From Candidatus Krumholzibacteriota bacterium (lineage in GTDB: Bacteria; Krumholzibacteriota; Krumholzibacteriia; JAJRXK01): 64,000 bases of DNA. Shown one piece after another: positions 63,494-64,000 of this stretch. A model generated the notes under the pieces. It was given only the letters and a program-made list of their open reading frames with translations, ran no database searches and had not been told where the DNA came from. The stretch's first letter is position 1. The number at the start of each line of letters is the position of its first letter. The position numbers and the translations under genes were made by a program. The stretch spans positions 224,001 through 288,000 of the forward strand of contig CAVSGG010000009.1 in the NCBI GenBank assembly GCA_963727455.1, in the 5' to 3' direction.

Positions 63494-64000
63494 CAGATGC
63501 GTCCCACGAGATGCGTCCCTGCGCGTCCCTCTAGCGCCTCGGCCAGGTTGTCCGGATCCGTGATGAGTCCGCGGACGCCACCCGATTTCAAGAAGTGGAT
63601 CACGGCGTCGATCTTGGGTCCCATGCTTCCGGCGGGGAAGTTTCCTTCCTCGCGAAGACGCTCGATCTCCTGCAGGGTGACGGCGCCGAGGGGACGTTGG
63701 TTCTTGCTGCCGAAGCCTGCGTAAACCTGCGGCACCGCGGTGAGAATGATCAACAGCTCCGCTCCGATCTCACTGCCGAGAACACTCGAGGTGAGGTCCT
63801 TGTCTATGACCGCCTCCAGACCCTTGTAGGCGCGCGTGCCCTTCTCCTCGGTGATGGGAATGCCACCGCCCCCGCAGGCGAGCACGATGTGCCCCTTTCT
63901 GGCGGTGTCCCGGATCATGTGCCGCTGGATCACCTTCAAGGGACGCGGAGAGGGTACGACCCGCCGCCAGCCGCGGCCGGAGTCCTCGCGCACCGTCCAG
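63493..64000 (-). CDS. arcC: Carbamate kinase (3' part; runs off the window)
   Basis: EDSGRGWRRVVPSPRP, GGGGIP, EAVIDKD, GSMGPK. Confidence 0.92.
   Translation of the reverse strand, partial: WTVREDSGRGWRRVVPSPRPLKVIQRHMIRDTARKGHIVLACGGGGIPITEEKGTRAYKGLEAVIDKDLTSSVLGSEIGAELLIILTAVPQVYAGFGSKNQRPLGAVTLQEIERLREEGNFPAGSMGPKIDAVIHFLKSGGVRGLITDPDNLAEALEGRAGTHLVGRI

Overview
GC-rich bacterial chromosome segment. Several secreted proteins carry FlgD-Ig/T9SS-like C-terminal domains, which suggests an FCB-related candidate phylum such as Krumholzibacteriota, Eisenbacteria or Latescibacterota (inference only). Ordinary housekeeping genes flank the window: pruA on the left; DUF481, CBS proteins, korBA, an M14 peptidase, an EEP-FlgD protein, thiD and arcC on the right. 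Between them lies a roughly 47 kb accessory island (about 4.9-51.7 kb). The island is punctuated by nine co-oriented, 5'-truncated remnants of one IS91/ISCR-like HUH rolling-circle element. Seven remnants end at the same oriIS-like terminus (...ATACAATCCACTATCC, one copy with one mismatch), always followed by GT (GTTC in three cases). No complete transposase is present. These termini divide the island into head-to-tail modules, often about 2 kb long, carrying mostly secreted proteins and lipoproteins, including a Bin/Tpp-toxin-like lipoprotein, plus gene fragments cut exactly at the terminus. My main hypothesis is an HUH-built, Helitron-like or integron-like gene-capture array. The island also holds two inverted IS30 copies, an IS3, an IS66 with an 8-bp target duplication, an IS256 stub, a canonical-looking integron attC site between two low-GC cassettes, a BlaI/BlaR1 module with two operators, and a 1.5 kb duplicated NHL-lipoprotein segment. 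Several single-base frameshifts may be assembly errors. All family assignments come from motif recognition by eye; no database search was run.
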